Below, piece by piece: positions 54,142-63,099 of a DNA stretch of 64,000 nucleotides (positions are counted from its first letter, which is position 1; every line of letters starts with the position of its first letter). Where the stretch lies: assembly GCA_918797485.1 (NCBI GenBank), contig CAKKNE010000005.1:4712001-4776000 (forward strand). The letters run 5' to 3'. This stretch comes from Pelagomonas calceolata. Taxonomy: Eukaryota. The position numbers and the translations under genes are program-made. The notes below the pieces were generated by a model. That model made no database searches and was not told the origin of the DNA. It saw only the letters and a list, made by a program, of their open reading frames with translations.

Positions 54142-54163
54142 CTAGTGCCTTACATCACGCTAG
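54142..54163 (-). promoter_or_regulatory. recurrent promoter motif (variant)
   Basis: CTAGTGCCTTACatcaCGCTAG in divergent promoter. Confidence 0.6.
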
Positions 54164-54312
54164 CTATGCTGGATTTAATATTTCCAAAGCGCTACCGGGC
54201 CTAAAACGGCTAAAAACACCTGATAGCTGCTAAAAAAGGCATCTCTGCAGTCGCTGCGCGCTGCTGCCTAGCCTTCGTGCCGTCCGTGACCACCGCTGGC
54301 ATCCCAAAAAGC

Positions 54313-55419
54313 ATGGCCCAACAAATCGAGTGCGCCGCCGCCCCGGTCCTCTGGTCCGACGGCTTCGAGACGACTACTTCGAGCAACGCCACGACGCTGG
54401 TCCGCGCAAAGAACGTAAGAAGACGCTTCCTCCGCATCTACGACGACGCGATACCAAACGAGCTCTGCGCGGCGCTGGCCGACGACGCGGTAAAACGAGG
54501 GCGGCCCTGGGGCTGCTACGTGCCGCTGGCGGATCTTGATAAAGAAGATGCCGAGGAAGAGGGCCCGGTCGACGACGCGACGCGACAACAATGGGCGCGC
54601 CGCGTCGTCCGATCAGTACTAGAGCGAAGTAAGGAAGACATCTCGCTGGACGCGGCGCACGGCGTCGCCGTCTGGTGCCTGGCGTCGCCGGAACGGGGCG
54701 CCGTCGACTACCACGTCGACTACTGCGAGCTGCACCGCCGCGAGACGAACGAGATCGTTATACCATTGTACGCGTCGACGGTGCACGTTGCGGACTTGGA
54801 AGACGGCTCTCATATCAATGATGAAAGGCGCATCGAGGGCGGCGCCTTCCTCGTGAACTCGCGGGGCTTGAATCACTACGCCGAGTGCGGCTACAAGGGC
54901 CGGCTTTGTGCGAATGCTTTCGAGGGCAAGAACTGGCACCGTGTTCCTTATCGGCGGGGCCGCTGTACAATCCACGACGGCGAGTGGCCCCACGCCGCCG
55001 AGGAGACGACGCGGCTGCCGGCCGGCAAGCGGCGCGTCATTCTGGGTTTGAATGTGTTTGGGGCCAACGTCGCCGAGGTGAATTTAAGGGCGCCCGAACA
55101 CTCCGACGCCTTCAACAAGACTGTGAAGCTGTATCAGGCCGCGGGCAATACGGGCGGGGGGCTGACCGTCGAGAAGCTGGCGAAAAATAAACCCCTCGCG
55201 CGGCTCTTCGTCGGCCTCGCGCGCGCGCGGCAAGATTCTGAAAGTACGGACGTGTTCGAAACAGGCGAGCGCGTCCGGGCGCGCTGGCGCACGGGCGTGC
55301 GGTTCCACCCGGCGACGGTGTCCAAGGTGCGCGAGGACGGGTGTTTGGATTTGGTGTATGACGACGGCTTCAAGTGGGACGGCGCGCCCGCGGGCGTGGC
55401 GCGGAAGATGGGTGGGTAA
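54313..55419 (+). CDS. 2OG-Fe(II) oxygenase-like protein with C-terminal Tudor/Agenet-like domain
   Basis: HVD and distal H (DGEWPH) with R..LGLN; GERVRARW...FHPATV...DLVYDDG. Confidence 0.65.
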   Translation: MAQQIECAAAPVLWSDGFETTTSSNATTLVRAKNVRRRFLRIYDDAIPNELCAALADDAVKRGRPWGCYVPLADLDKEDAEEEGPVDDATRQQWARRVVRSVLERSKEDISLDAAHGVAVWCLASPERGAVDYHVDYCELHRRETNEIVIPLYASTVHVADLEDGSHINDERRIEGGAFLVNSRGLNHYAECGYKGRLCANAFEGKNWHRVPYRRGRCTIHDGEWPHAAEETTRLPAGKRRVILGLNVFGANVAEVNLRAPEHSDAFNKTVKLYQAAGNTGGGLTVEKLAKNKPLARLFVGLARARQDSESTDVFETGERVRARWRTGVRFHPATVSKVREDGCLDLVYDDGFKWDGAPAGVARKMGG

Positions 55420-55506
55420 TGAATTTTTGAGATATACCTACGTGTACGCTGTCGCCGCGACGGCGGCGACGCGATGATACGACCAATAGAGTTACGCACT
55501 AATGAC

Positions 55507-57306
55507 CTAGAACTCGGGCGTGTAGAGGAACCGCAGGATCCAGGGCATGGACAGCTGCGTCGCCGTGAGGAAGAAGGGCCCTATCAAAGGGATCGTCATC
55601 ATGAGGTCGAAGTCCACGAGCAGGTCCGACCCGAGCTGCGCGAAGCCCTGCACGATGGACGTCCTAAACACTCTCTTGCGCGAGTACGATCCCAAAGCGC
55701 CCGCCGTCTGCTTCGTGTGCTGCACCGTCGCGAGCTCCTCGGCTAGGCGGTAGCCGTCCTCGGTCGACTGGCAGCCGCCCTGGCCGAGGTTGGGCATCAT
55801 CGGGTGCGCCGCGTCCCCGCAGATCGCGACCCTACCAGAAGCCCAGGGCGCGAGCCACCGCTTCGGGTCCCACGTCGCTAAGAGAGGTGCGCCGTCGTAG
55901 AGATCTCTCCTCTTAATATCCTCCTCGGGCGTCGCGTCGACGAGCTCCAGCGCGAAGCCGTCCCAGACCTTGCCGTCCTGGTCGCACGCGTAGGCGTCGC
56001 CGTTCGCGAACTCTCTCCTCAAACGATCGAGCTTGGGCGTCGGGTTCTCCGGCGTCGGCTCCGGGTCGACACCGCCCGCGTCTTCCCTTATCAACGCGAA
56101 CCACTGCTGCCGCTCGCCGCCGCCGTCGGTGCTCACAAAATACTTCTTGTCGCCTAGCAGGATCTGGTAGGAGACTTCTTCGATGTTCGACGCCTTGTGG
56201 TTCGCGAGCGCCGCGTAGCACGTGAAGCCCGAGTACCTCCGCAACGCCTTCTGGGCCACGCGCACCGTGTCGCGCGCCATCTTGCGCGCCTCGGCCTCGT
56301 CCAAGGCGCCGCCCGCCGCGCCCGACGCGGCGTCGCCGCCCGCGCCTTCATCTAACCCGTGCATGATCTTGCGCACGGACGACCAGACGCCGTCCGCGCC
56401 GACCAGCACGTCCCCGAACGCCTCGGTGCCGTCTTCCAGCGTGACCTTGACGCAGCCGCCCCGGTCCTCGTAGTCCACGACGCGCGACTTGATTCGAACT
56501 GTATCGGCGGGGAAGCCGTGCTTGACGAAGATCTGCTGGATCACCGGTCTATCTACAACGACCGTGGGAGGCAGCTCGGCCTCGAGCGCCGGGCCTAATG
56601 TATCAAAACGCACGAGCCAGTCGCCCTTGTCGTACAAACCCGCGAGCTTGTTGCCCCGCTTGTAGCCGATCTTCAGGCCAGATACCCTATCGGCGGTGCA
56701 CGTGCCCGCTTGCACGAGATCCTCATAAATCTGGGGGTTGATGCGCTGGATGGCCCGCAGCGCATTACTCTGAATCTGGATGGGCCCGCCGTAGGGCGCG
56801 TAGGACGACGCCTGCTCGAAGAGGGCCACCTTCATGCCCTTGGAGTGGCACGCGGCGGCCGTCACGAGGCCGGCCAAACCCCCGCCTGCCACCAACACGC
56901 GCAGCGGCTCGTCCGTCGTGAGGTCCCTCTCAGTACCCTCGCCGGCGGGCGGCGGCGAGCGCCACCAGGCCGTCTGATCGGCGTCGCCCGTGAGCATGCC
57001 GCGCAACGCGGCGGCGTCGGCCGCCGCCGTCCGCGCGCGCGCTCTTACTTCTTCGACGCGCTCCGGCGACTCTTCTACCCTCTTCGGCGCCGTCGGCAGC
57101 GCGAAGATGCGCTTGGCCGAGTCGGGCGTGTTGACCTTGTTTTCTTTCGGCGCCTCGCCCTCGGCGAGCCACGGAATATCTAACTTCGCGTCCCGCAGCA
57201 AATCGGCGACGGCGTTCGTGGGCGCGAGGCGCTGGTGCGGCGTAGTGGGTGCGACGAGTGCGTGCGCGGTGGCCGCGAGCCCGATAATGAGTGGGGTGCT
57301 TGGCAT
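55507..57306 (-). CDS. ZEP: zeaxanthin epoxidase
   Basis: [65 protein letters not shown]. Confidence 0.93.
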   Translation of the reverse strand: MPSTPLIIGLAATAHALVAPTTPHQRLAPTNAVADLLRDAKLDIPWLAEGEAPKENKVNTPDSAKRIFALPTAPKRVEESPERVEEVRARARTAAADAAALRGMLTGDADQTAWWRSPPPAGEGTERDLTTDEPLRVLVAGGGLAGLVTAAACHSKGMKVALFEQASSYAPYGGPIQIQSNALRAIQRINPQIYEDLVQAGTCTADRVSGLKIGYKRGNKLAGLYDKGDWLVRFDTLGPALEAELPPTVVVDRPVIQQIFVKHGFPADTVRIKSRVVDYEDRGGCVKVTLEDGTEAFGDVLVGADGVWSSVRKIMHGLDEGAGGDAASGAAGGALDEAEARKMARDTVRVAQKALRRYSGFTCYAALANHKASNIEEVSYQILLGDKKYFVSTDGGGERQQWFALIREDAGGVDPEPTPENPTPKLDRLRREFANGDAYACDQDGKVWDGFALELVDATPEEDIKRRDLYDGAPLLATWDPKRWLAPWASGRVAICGDAAHPMMPNLGQGGCQSTEDGYRLAEELATVQHTKQTAGALGSYSRKRVFRTSIVQGFAQLGSDLLVDFDLMMTIPLIGPFFLTATQLSMPWILRFLYTPEF

Positions 57307-57564
57307 GGCTGCAAGCTTTTTATTTACAAGGTTGCTTGCGGAACTGGTGGTCTGCTGCAGGAATGTGTACTGTACTGATGTATTGGTACAACCAAAACGC
57401 GTCGACGAGGCGTTAGCCGCGTCTTGCCACGACCACGATCTTGGGCAAGCTAAAGCTGTGATACAAGTGCCACCCTGCGCGCAGCTGCGGTTTTTGCGAA
57501 GACAACTCGTCGCGCCGTCAAGGACGTGCTGTAGACAAGAAGGAAAGAGGGAATTATCCGGGGG

Positions 57565-57584
57565 CTAGCGGCCATAGACACTAG
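57565..57584 (+). promoter_or_regulatory. recurrent promoter motif (variant)
   Basis: CTAGCGgccatAGACACTAG between ZEP and glutaredoxin. Confidence 0.55.
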
Positions 57585-57708
57585 CAAAGCTGAGAGGCAT
57601 CGTCTGGGGGCTGCGGAGCGGGCGTGGGAGGCCCTTTCGCGAGCGTTAGGCTGGTCCACGAGTCGCCCAGGACCGCTGCGCGACGCTCCAGGACCGCTGC
57701 TCAGTACG

Positions 57709-58254
57709 ATGCCGCGCCTCGCGGTGGCGCTGGCGCTCTGCGCCGCAGCGTCTGCCTTCCAGGCGCCTGTGTCGCAGCCCGCCCGCAGCAGCCTCGCGCG
57801 GCACGCCGAGGACCCGACGAAGGTCTGGTACGCCGACCTCGCGAACGGCGTGCAGAACCTCCTGCAGAACTCGCCGCTCAACGAGGGAAAAAAGGCCGTC
57901 GTGAAGATGATGGCTGGTGGTTACGATGTCGCCGCGACGAACGAGAAACTGGACGAGCTCATCGCGAACCCGGTCGTTATGCTGTCGTTCACGAAATGAC
58001 CCTTCTGCATCAAGGCGAAGCAGCTGCTCGACGCCAAGGGCGCCAAGTACGTCGCCTACGAGCTCGACCAGGCCGACGACGGGCCAGCCATCCGCGCGGA
58101 GATGTGCGACCGTATTGATCGTACCTCAGTCCCGGCCATCTGGATCGACGGCGTCTACGCCGGCGGCTGCAACGACGGCGGGCTGGGGGGCGTCGTGAAG
58201 CTCGACCAGCAGGGCCGGCTCGACGAGCTGCTCAAGGCGGCCGGCGCCGTCTGA
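57709..58254 (+). CDS. selenocysteine-containing glutaredoxin (UPFC), plastid-targeted; TGA 57997-57999 = Sec97
   Basis: ASA-FQAP presequence; FTK-TGA-PFCIKAK; frame continues through RTSVPAIWIDG..AGGCND to stop 58252-58254. Confidence 0.9.
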
Positions 58255-58264
58255 AGGAATCCCG

Positions 58265-58334
58265 CGCGGCGGCGATGACGCGCGCCCGCTCTCTTTTCTC
58301 CGAGCGGGCGCGCCGACGATATTATGTAGCCGCG
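58265..58334 (+). promoter_or_regulatory. SECIS-like element of glutaredoxin
   Basis: ATGAc + 12-bp perfect stem gcgcgcccgctc/gagcgggcgcgc + cGA; lower helix cgcggc/gccgcg; apical loop lacks AA. Confidence 0.75.
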
Positions 58335-58562
58335 TAAGGACGCCTGTGTTTAGTACGCTCCTGCTGTTCTTCACTCCCCCTCGCCCATTACTAGTGGTTG
58401 CAAACGAAGAGACTTGACGGCCTCAGAGGACCCGGATCGTGCGGGACACATGCCTGCTTCTGCCTCACAAGCTCCTCCTCTTGGGGCGCTGTAAAATCGA
58501 TTCGCGGGACGCTGTGAGGTCGCGGAGCGACGAGGCGTTCGCCCGGTCGCGGCACCCACACG

Positions 58563-59730
58563 ATGCAGCCCCAGCAGCCGCCGGGCTTCTCTCCAGAACT
58601 TGGTGGAGAGGGAGAGTCCAATGCTGTCGTCATGGGAACAGTCGTCGAGGGAACAGTCGTGCAGCCGCCCGCCCAATCCGTAACAATCGTGCAGCCGGCC
58701 GCCCAACCCGTGGTCCTCGCCCCGCAAGATGTACGTGCGCGCGGCCTCGCCGTCGTGCAGCCGCAGCCGGTGTACGGGCAGCCCCAGCCCCAGCCGCAGC
58801 CCGTCGTCGTGCCCCAGCAGCCCGGGACGTACGCGCAGCCGCCGTACGGGCAGCCCCAGGGCCAGCCGCAGCCCGTCGTCGTGCCCCAGCAACCCGGGAC
58901 GTACGCGCAGCCGCCGTACGGGCAGCCCCAGGGCCAGCCGCAGCAACCCGGGACGTACTACGCGCAGCCGCCGTACGGGCAGCCCCAGGGCCAGCCCCAG
59001 CAGCCCGGGACGTACTACGCGCAGCCGCCGCCCGTGGCGTCCAAGGTGATGCCGATGCCCATGAACGGCCAGATGATGATGCCGCAGATGATGATGCCGC
59101 AGGTGGTACGGGCCCCCGGCCAGTGGAACGGCGGCCAGCCGTGCGGGTGTTGCGACCCGCCGGGCGGCTGCCAGCTCTGCTGCGCCACGTGGTGGTGCCC
59201 GTGCGCGCCGGTAGCGCAGCTCCACGACCGGGTCGTGAGGCCGGGGAGTCACGGGGAGGTCTTCGCGGTCCTCTGCATTGCGCCGGCCCGCGCGGAAATC
59301 ATCTTAAACGGATGAACGCCGACACACCGGTTGCTTTGCACGCAGGCGACGGTTTTCAAGACGGTCGTGAGCTTGCTTTTGACGGCGGCTGGGGTGAACA
59401 TCGACGGTATGCTGCAGCGTGGAATCGTCTTCGCGTCGAGGGCGTGGGGGGCTGACGCGGTCGATCGTCCGCACAGGCCTGCTGAACATGCTACTCGCTT
59501 TCCTCTATTTGCTTTACATGAACCAAATAAGAGAGGCCATCGTCAAGCGGGACGGGATCGCCGACCGCGGGCTTATCTGCTGTGGCGACCCTTGCTGCGA
59601 CAACTACTGGTGTTGGCCCTGTCTGACTTGCTTCTTCATCCGGCACGAGCTCAACAGGAGCGGCGAGACCTACGACGACTGTTGCGGGCCCAGCTGGTCC
59701 CGCGGCGGCGGGCGGGCGCACGTCGTCTGA
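58563..59730 (+). CDS. PLAC8-family Cys-rich membrane protein with P/Q/Y-rich repeats; exons 58563-59279, 59346-59406, 59477-59730
   Basis: W.GG.CGCC.......C..WWCPC...AQL; IR..I..R.GI...CC..YWC.PC; two short introns restore frame. Confidence 0.75.
59288..59345 (+). mobile_element. highly decayed introner relic; GC-AG intron 59280-59345
   Basis: ccgcgcggaaatc vs TIR ctgtgtggaaatc; ends gacacaccggttgctttgcacgcag vs gacacactgggttgatttccacacag; TSD gcgccggc/gcgacggt. Confidence 0.7.
59415..59476 (-). mobile_element. highly decayed introner relic; GT-AG intron 59407-59476
   Basis: cagcgtggaatc...cgcgtcgagggcgtgg...gatcgtccgcacag; TSD gtatgctg/gcctgctg. Confidence 0.65.
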
Positions 59731-59788
59731 ATGAATCCCGCGTCGGCGCGCCGGGCACTTGTCACGAACCCGCCGCCGCCCCCAATGT

Positions 59789-59842
59789 GAATCCCCATTG
59801 AATCCCCACAACTCCGAATCCCCATTGAATCCCCACAACTCC
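59789..59842. repeat. perfect 27-bp tandem duplication
   Basis: gaatccccattgaatccccacaactcc x2 (gaatcccca x4). Confidence 0.85.
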
Positions 59843-59896
59843 GTGGTCTGGATGAATAAACACTGTTAATTTGGTCGGGTAGGACCGGGGCGCTCG

Positions 59897-59988
59897 CGCG
59901 CGCGCGACAACCGGCGGCGGCAGGGTCGGGCCGCCCGCGAAAGGTTCCGCGGACGGCCGTCACGGCGCCGCGGCCGGGTCGCGCGCGC
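59897..59988 (-). promoter_or_regulatory. SECIS-like element of peroxiredoxin
   Basis: Minus strand: GTGAc ggccgtccgcg gAAccttt cgcgggcggcc cGA, flanked by long lower helix (gcgcgcgcgac/gtcgcgcgcgc, ccggc/gccgg). Confidence 0.8.
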
Positions 59989-60000
59989 ACAATACGCCAT

Positions 60001-60456
60001 CTAGAGCTCCGCGAGGAGCGCGGCGGGCCCCTCTCGCGCGTCGAACGGGTCGATGCACTTGACAACGGTGCCGTCGGCGCCGACGACGACCGTCACGCGC
60101 GCGGACTTGTCGCAGGGGTCCGAGCCGTCCTTCGCCGGCTTGCAGACGCCGAACGCCTTCGTCATGGACTTGTCGACGTCGGAGAGCAACGGAAACGCGA
60201 AGTCGAACTTCTCGTGGAAGGCCTTGTTCGCGTCGACGGCGTCGCAGCTCACGCCGTAGAGGTCGTAGCCCTTGGCTTTAAATTGGTCGCAGAGCGCCGT
60301 GAACGCCTGCCCCTCCGCGGTTCACCCACCCGTGTCCGCCTTAGGGTAGAACCACAAACAGTAGGCCGAGCCCGCGAGCGAGTCCGACGAGACCGCGGCG
60401 CCCGTGTGCGCCGTCACAGCGAACTTGGGCACCTGGGCTCCGGCCTTCAAGGACAT
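60001..60456 (-). CDS. selenocysteine-containing peroxiredoxin (PrxQ/BCP family); TGA 60324-60322 = Sec45 at the peroxidatic position
   Basis: MSLKAGAQVPKF...WFYPKADTGG-TGA-TAEGQAF...GVSCD...FPLLSD...R.T.VVG.DG.V, one frame across the TGA. Confidence 0.9.
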
Positions 60457-60600
60457 GGCTCGGGCGCCGGCGCACAACGAGATTGTTGCCACACGCAGCA
60501 TTCAGCCGACGTGTCCTGTAGGCGCTCGCGACTACTAATTGCAGCCGCGTTGCCCTCTCGCGCTCCACTGAGAGCGAGACTCTGTTGTGAGACGCCAGCT

Positions 60601-60623
60601 CTAGTGTCTTTACAGGCCGCTAG
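60601..60623 (-). promoter_or_regulatory. recurrent promoter motif (variant)
   Basis: CTAGTGTCTTTACaggcCGCTAG between Prx and PCNA. Confidence 0.6.
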
Positions 60624-61055
60624 GTGACTGATTTGTCCTTCGAGCACTCGCGGTTGGCCACCTGTCTCAGCGGCAAGGCAGAAGAGGCAATTTTTTCATG
60701 ATTCTCGCTAGATAAGAGCACTAGCTCTCCCATTTTTGAAAATAGCAGCGCCCATTCACAGCCTTATAACTCCGTCGCTGTGCGCTTCCTGAGTCCACCG
60801 AGTCACTATGAGCTCACCACAACATATATGAGGGCGCGCGGCAACGAAAATGCTGCGCGCGGTGACCGCGGGCGCGATTTTTGGCCGAGGCGCCCCCTGG
60901 AACACGCGCTGCAGCGACGCGGCGCAGGGCCGCGCCGCGCGCCGCCTCGCGCCACGCTCTCGCTGCCGCGCCGCCAGCGCGCCACCCCACACACGCAAAA
61001 CGCCGCCGCCGCGGACGCGCCGATCACGTTCGAACGCGCGCAGGCGAAAAGCACC

Positions 61056-61850
61056 ATGTTCGAGGCCACGCTCCAGAAGGCGTCGACGCTCAAGAAGGTC
61101 ATCGAGGCCATCAAGGACCTCGTCACGGATGGCAACATCGAGGTCAGCGAGACGGGCATGAACCTCCAGGCGATGGACTCGTCGCACGTCTCGCTCGTCT
61201 CGCTCGTGCTCCACACGGACATGTTCGAGCACTTCCGCTGCGACCGCAACGTGACGCTGGGCATCAACCTCCCGAACTTCGCCAAGATCCTCAAGTGCTC
61301 CGGCAACGACGACAGCGTCACGCTCAAGGCCCAGGACGACGGCGAGAATTTGGCCATCGTCTTCGAGTCCGAGGGTCAAGAAAGAGTCTCGGAGTTCGAA
61401 TTGAAGCTCATGGACATCGACGCCGAGTCGCTCGGCATCCCCGACCAGGACTACAACACGAACGTCAAGATGTCCTCCGCCGAGTTCCAGCGTATCGTCC
61501 GGGACATGACGGTCCTCGGCGACACGTGCTCCATCGGCTGCACGAAGGAGGGCGTCAAGTTCTCCGTGAGCGGCGACCTCGGCCAGGGCAACATCACGCT
61601 CCGCCAGACGAACAGCGTGGACAAGGAGGAGGAGGCCGTCACGATCGAGATGGACGAGCCCGTCGAGCTGAACTTCGCGCTGCGCTACCTCGGCTTCTTC
61701 ACGAAGGCGTCGCCGCTCTGCCCGCGCGTGACGATCTCCATGTCGCCGGACGTGCCGATCGTCGTCGCGTACAACGTCGGCGGCGAGAAGGACACGGAGG
61801 GCGCGGGCTCGCTGTCCTTCTACCTCGCGCCGAAGATCGACGAGGAGTAG
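61056..61850 (+). CDS. PCNA: proliferating cell nuclear antigen
   Basis: MFEATL...LQAMDSSHVSLV...FRCDRN...LKLMDID...LGIP...FALRYL..FTKA.PL...FYLAPKI. Confidence 0.97.
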   Translation: MFEATLQKASTLKKVIEAIKDLVTDGNIEVSETGMNLQAMDSSHVSLVSLVLHTDMFEHFRCDRNVTLGINLPNFAKILKCSGNDDSVTLKAQDDGENLAIVFESEGQERVSEFELKLMDIDAESLGIPDQDYNTNVKMSSAEFQRIVRDMTVLGDTCSIGCTKEGVKFSVSGDLGQGNITLRQTNSVDKEEEAVTIEMDEPVELNFALRYLGFFTKASPLCPRVTISMSPDVPIVVAYNVGGEKDTEGAGSLSFYLAPKIDEE

Positions 61851-62148
61851 GCGCGTGTTGCTTCCCTATCTCTAATGTCTCGGCCTATTACTCTTCCTTC
61901 CGGCGCCGGCGGCCGAGCGTGCCCTCTTCGCGTCGACGGCGTCGGGGGCGGTGCCGGGTCGGGCGCCGAGGCGCGGGAGCGACCTCTTCGCCGGGCTCCA
62001 CGCCATCGACGCGACGTCCACTCGAGTTTGCCGCCGCGCGAGGCCTTGCCGACGGAATAGGAGTAGAACAGATATATGTTAAGGGCGGCGCGCTCACGGG
62101 CGCCGGTTGGCATGTGCAGGCCAGGACTATGCACACAAAAAAACGCCA

Positions 62149-63099
62149 CTAGGGCTCTTTGGACGACGGCAGCGCGGCGTCGCGCGTCGCGGCGTCGAAC
62201 ATCGTCGCGAAATGAGCGGACAAACGCGCGCCGTCCGCCACCAACGCCTCGAGGCGCTGGATAGGTAAATCTAAATCAGTGGCGTCGACCGCGTGCGGCC
62301 CGTCGAAGACGTCGCCCGCCGCGAGCTCGCACCGGTGGCGCAGCGCGAGCGCCAGCGCGAGGAAGGGTGACGCCGGCACGCGGTCGCCGTCCTCCAACAC
62401 CAACTGAAAAACAACGTCGTCGTCCCGTTGTACGGGCCCCGCCGCCTCGCGCGCGGCTTTTACGACATCCGCGAAGGCCTCCCGATCTAACGACCCGTCC
62501 TCGGCCGCATACTTCCTCAATAACTCCTCGGCGGCGCCCGCCGGCAGGGCCACGTTCAGCGACGTCGCGAGCGTCTTCTCGAGCTTCTCGGCGATCGGCG
62601 GCAAGGCTTTTTCGAACGCCGCGGACCGCTTTTCAGTCGTAGGTTTCTTCTGCGTCGCGGCGACGACGCGCACGCGCTTTAGGACGGCGTCGTCCCGGCC
62701 GACGTGCTTCTGGAGCGCGTCCGGCGGGAGGATGGCGGCGGTGGCGACGTCGATGCCCTGGATTAATTGTAAGAACGCGAGCGCGTAGGGGCTCCTAATC
62801 CTATCCACGTCCGCCCTATGAATCACGACGGGCAGCGCGCGCTGGGCCTCCCCGTCTGTTTGTGGAGACGCGAGCACCGCGACGAAGCCGCGCGGGCTCA
62901 CGCTCACGCCGGCGAGCGGGTGCAGGAACGGCTTGAACGCTTTGTTTTCGCCGGCCGTCGACGCGTCTCCTAGGTTTTGCTCTAAAAAGTCCGGGTTATC
63001 GTTCTCTGCTGCCCGCAACGCGGCAGCGCGGCGGCCTAGGCTGGCTGGTGCGCGCAGCGCTCGCGTGTGTGCCGCCAGGAGCAGCGCGAGGCGCCACAT
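62149..63099 (-). CDS. probable plastid protein, bifunctional nuclease (DUF151)-like
   Basis: Signal + transit; ALPVVI and SP..ALALALR resemble DUF151 motifs (weak). Confidence 0.5.
   Translation of the reverse strand: MWRLALLLAAHTRALRAPASLGRRAAALRAAENDNPDFLEQNLGDASTAGENKAFKPFLHPLAGVSVSPRGFVAVLASPQTDGEAQRALPVVIHRADVDRIRSPYALAFLQLIQGIDVATAAILPPDALQKHVGRDDAVLKRVRVVAATQKKPTTEKRSAAFEKALPPIAEKLEKTLATSLNVALPAGAAEELLRKYAAEDGSLDREAFADVVKAAREAAGPVQRDDDVVFQLVLEDGDRVPASPFLALALALRHRCELAAGDVFDGPHAVDATDLDLPIQRLEALVADGARLSAHFATMFDAATRDAALPSSKEP

Noticed and set aside
58760..59030. QPQGQPQQPGTYYAQPPYG coding repeats
   Set aside because: Ordinary low-complexity N-terminal repeats of a PLAC8-type protein
59789..59842. 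27-bp tandem repeat as CRISPR or telomeric repeat
   Set aside because: Only two adjacent units with no spacers; a simple local duplication
60780..61055. N-terminal extension of PCNA in the ORF track
   Set aside because: Conserved PCNA starts at MFEA (61056); upstream is likely UTR or a 5'UTR intron ending at cag 61043, whose donor I cannot define
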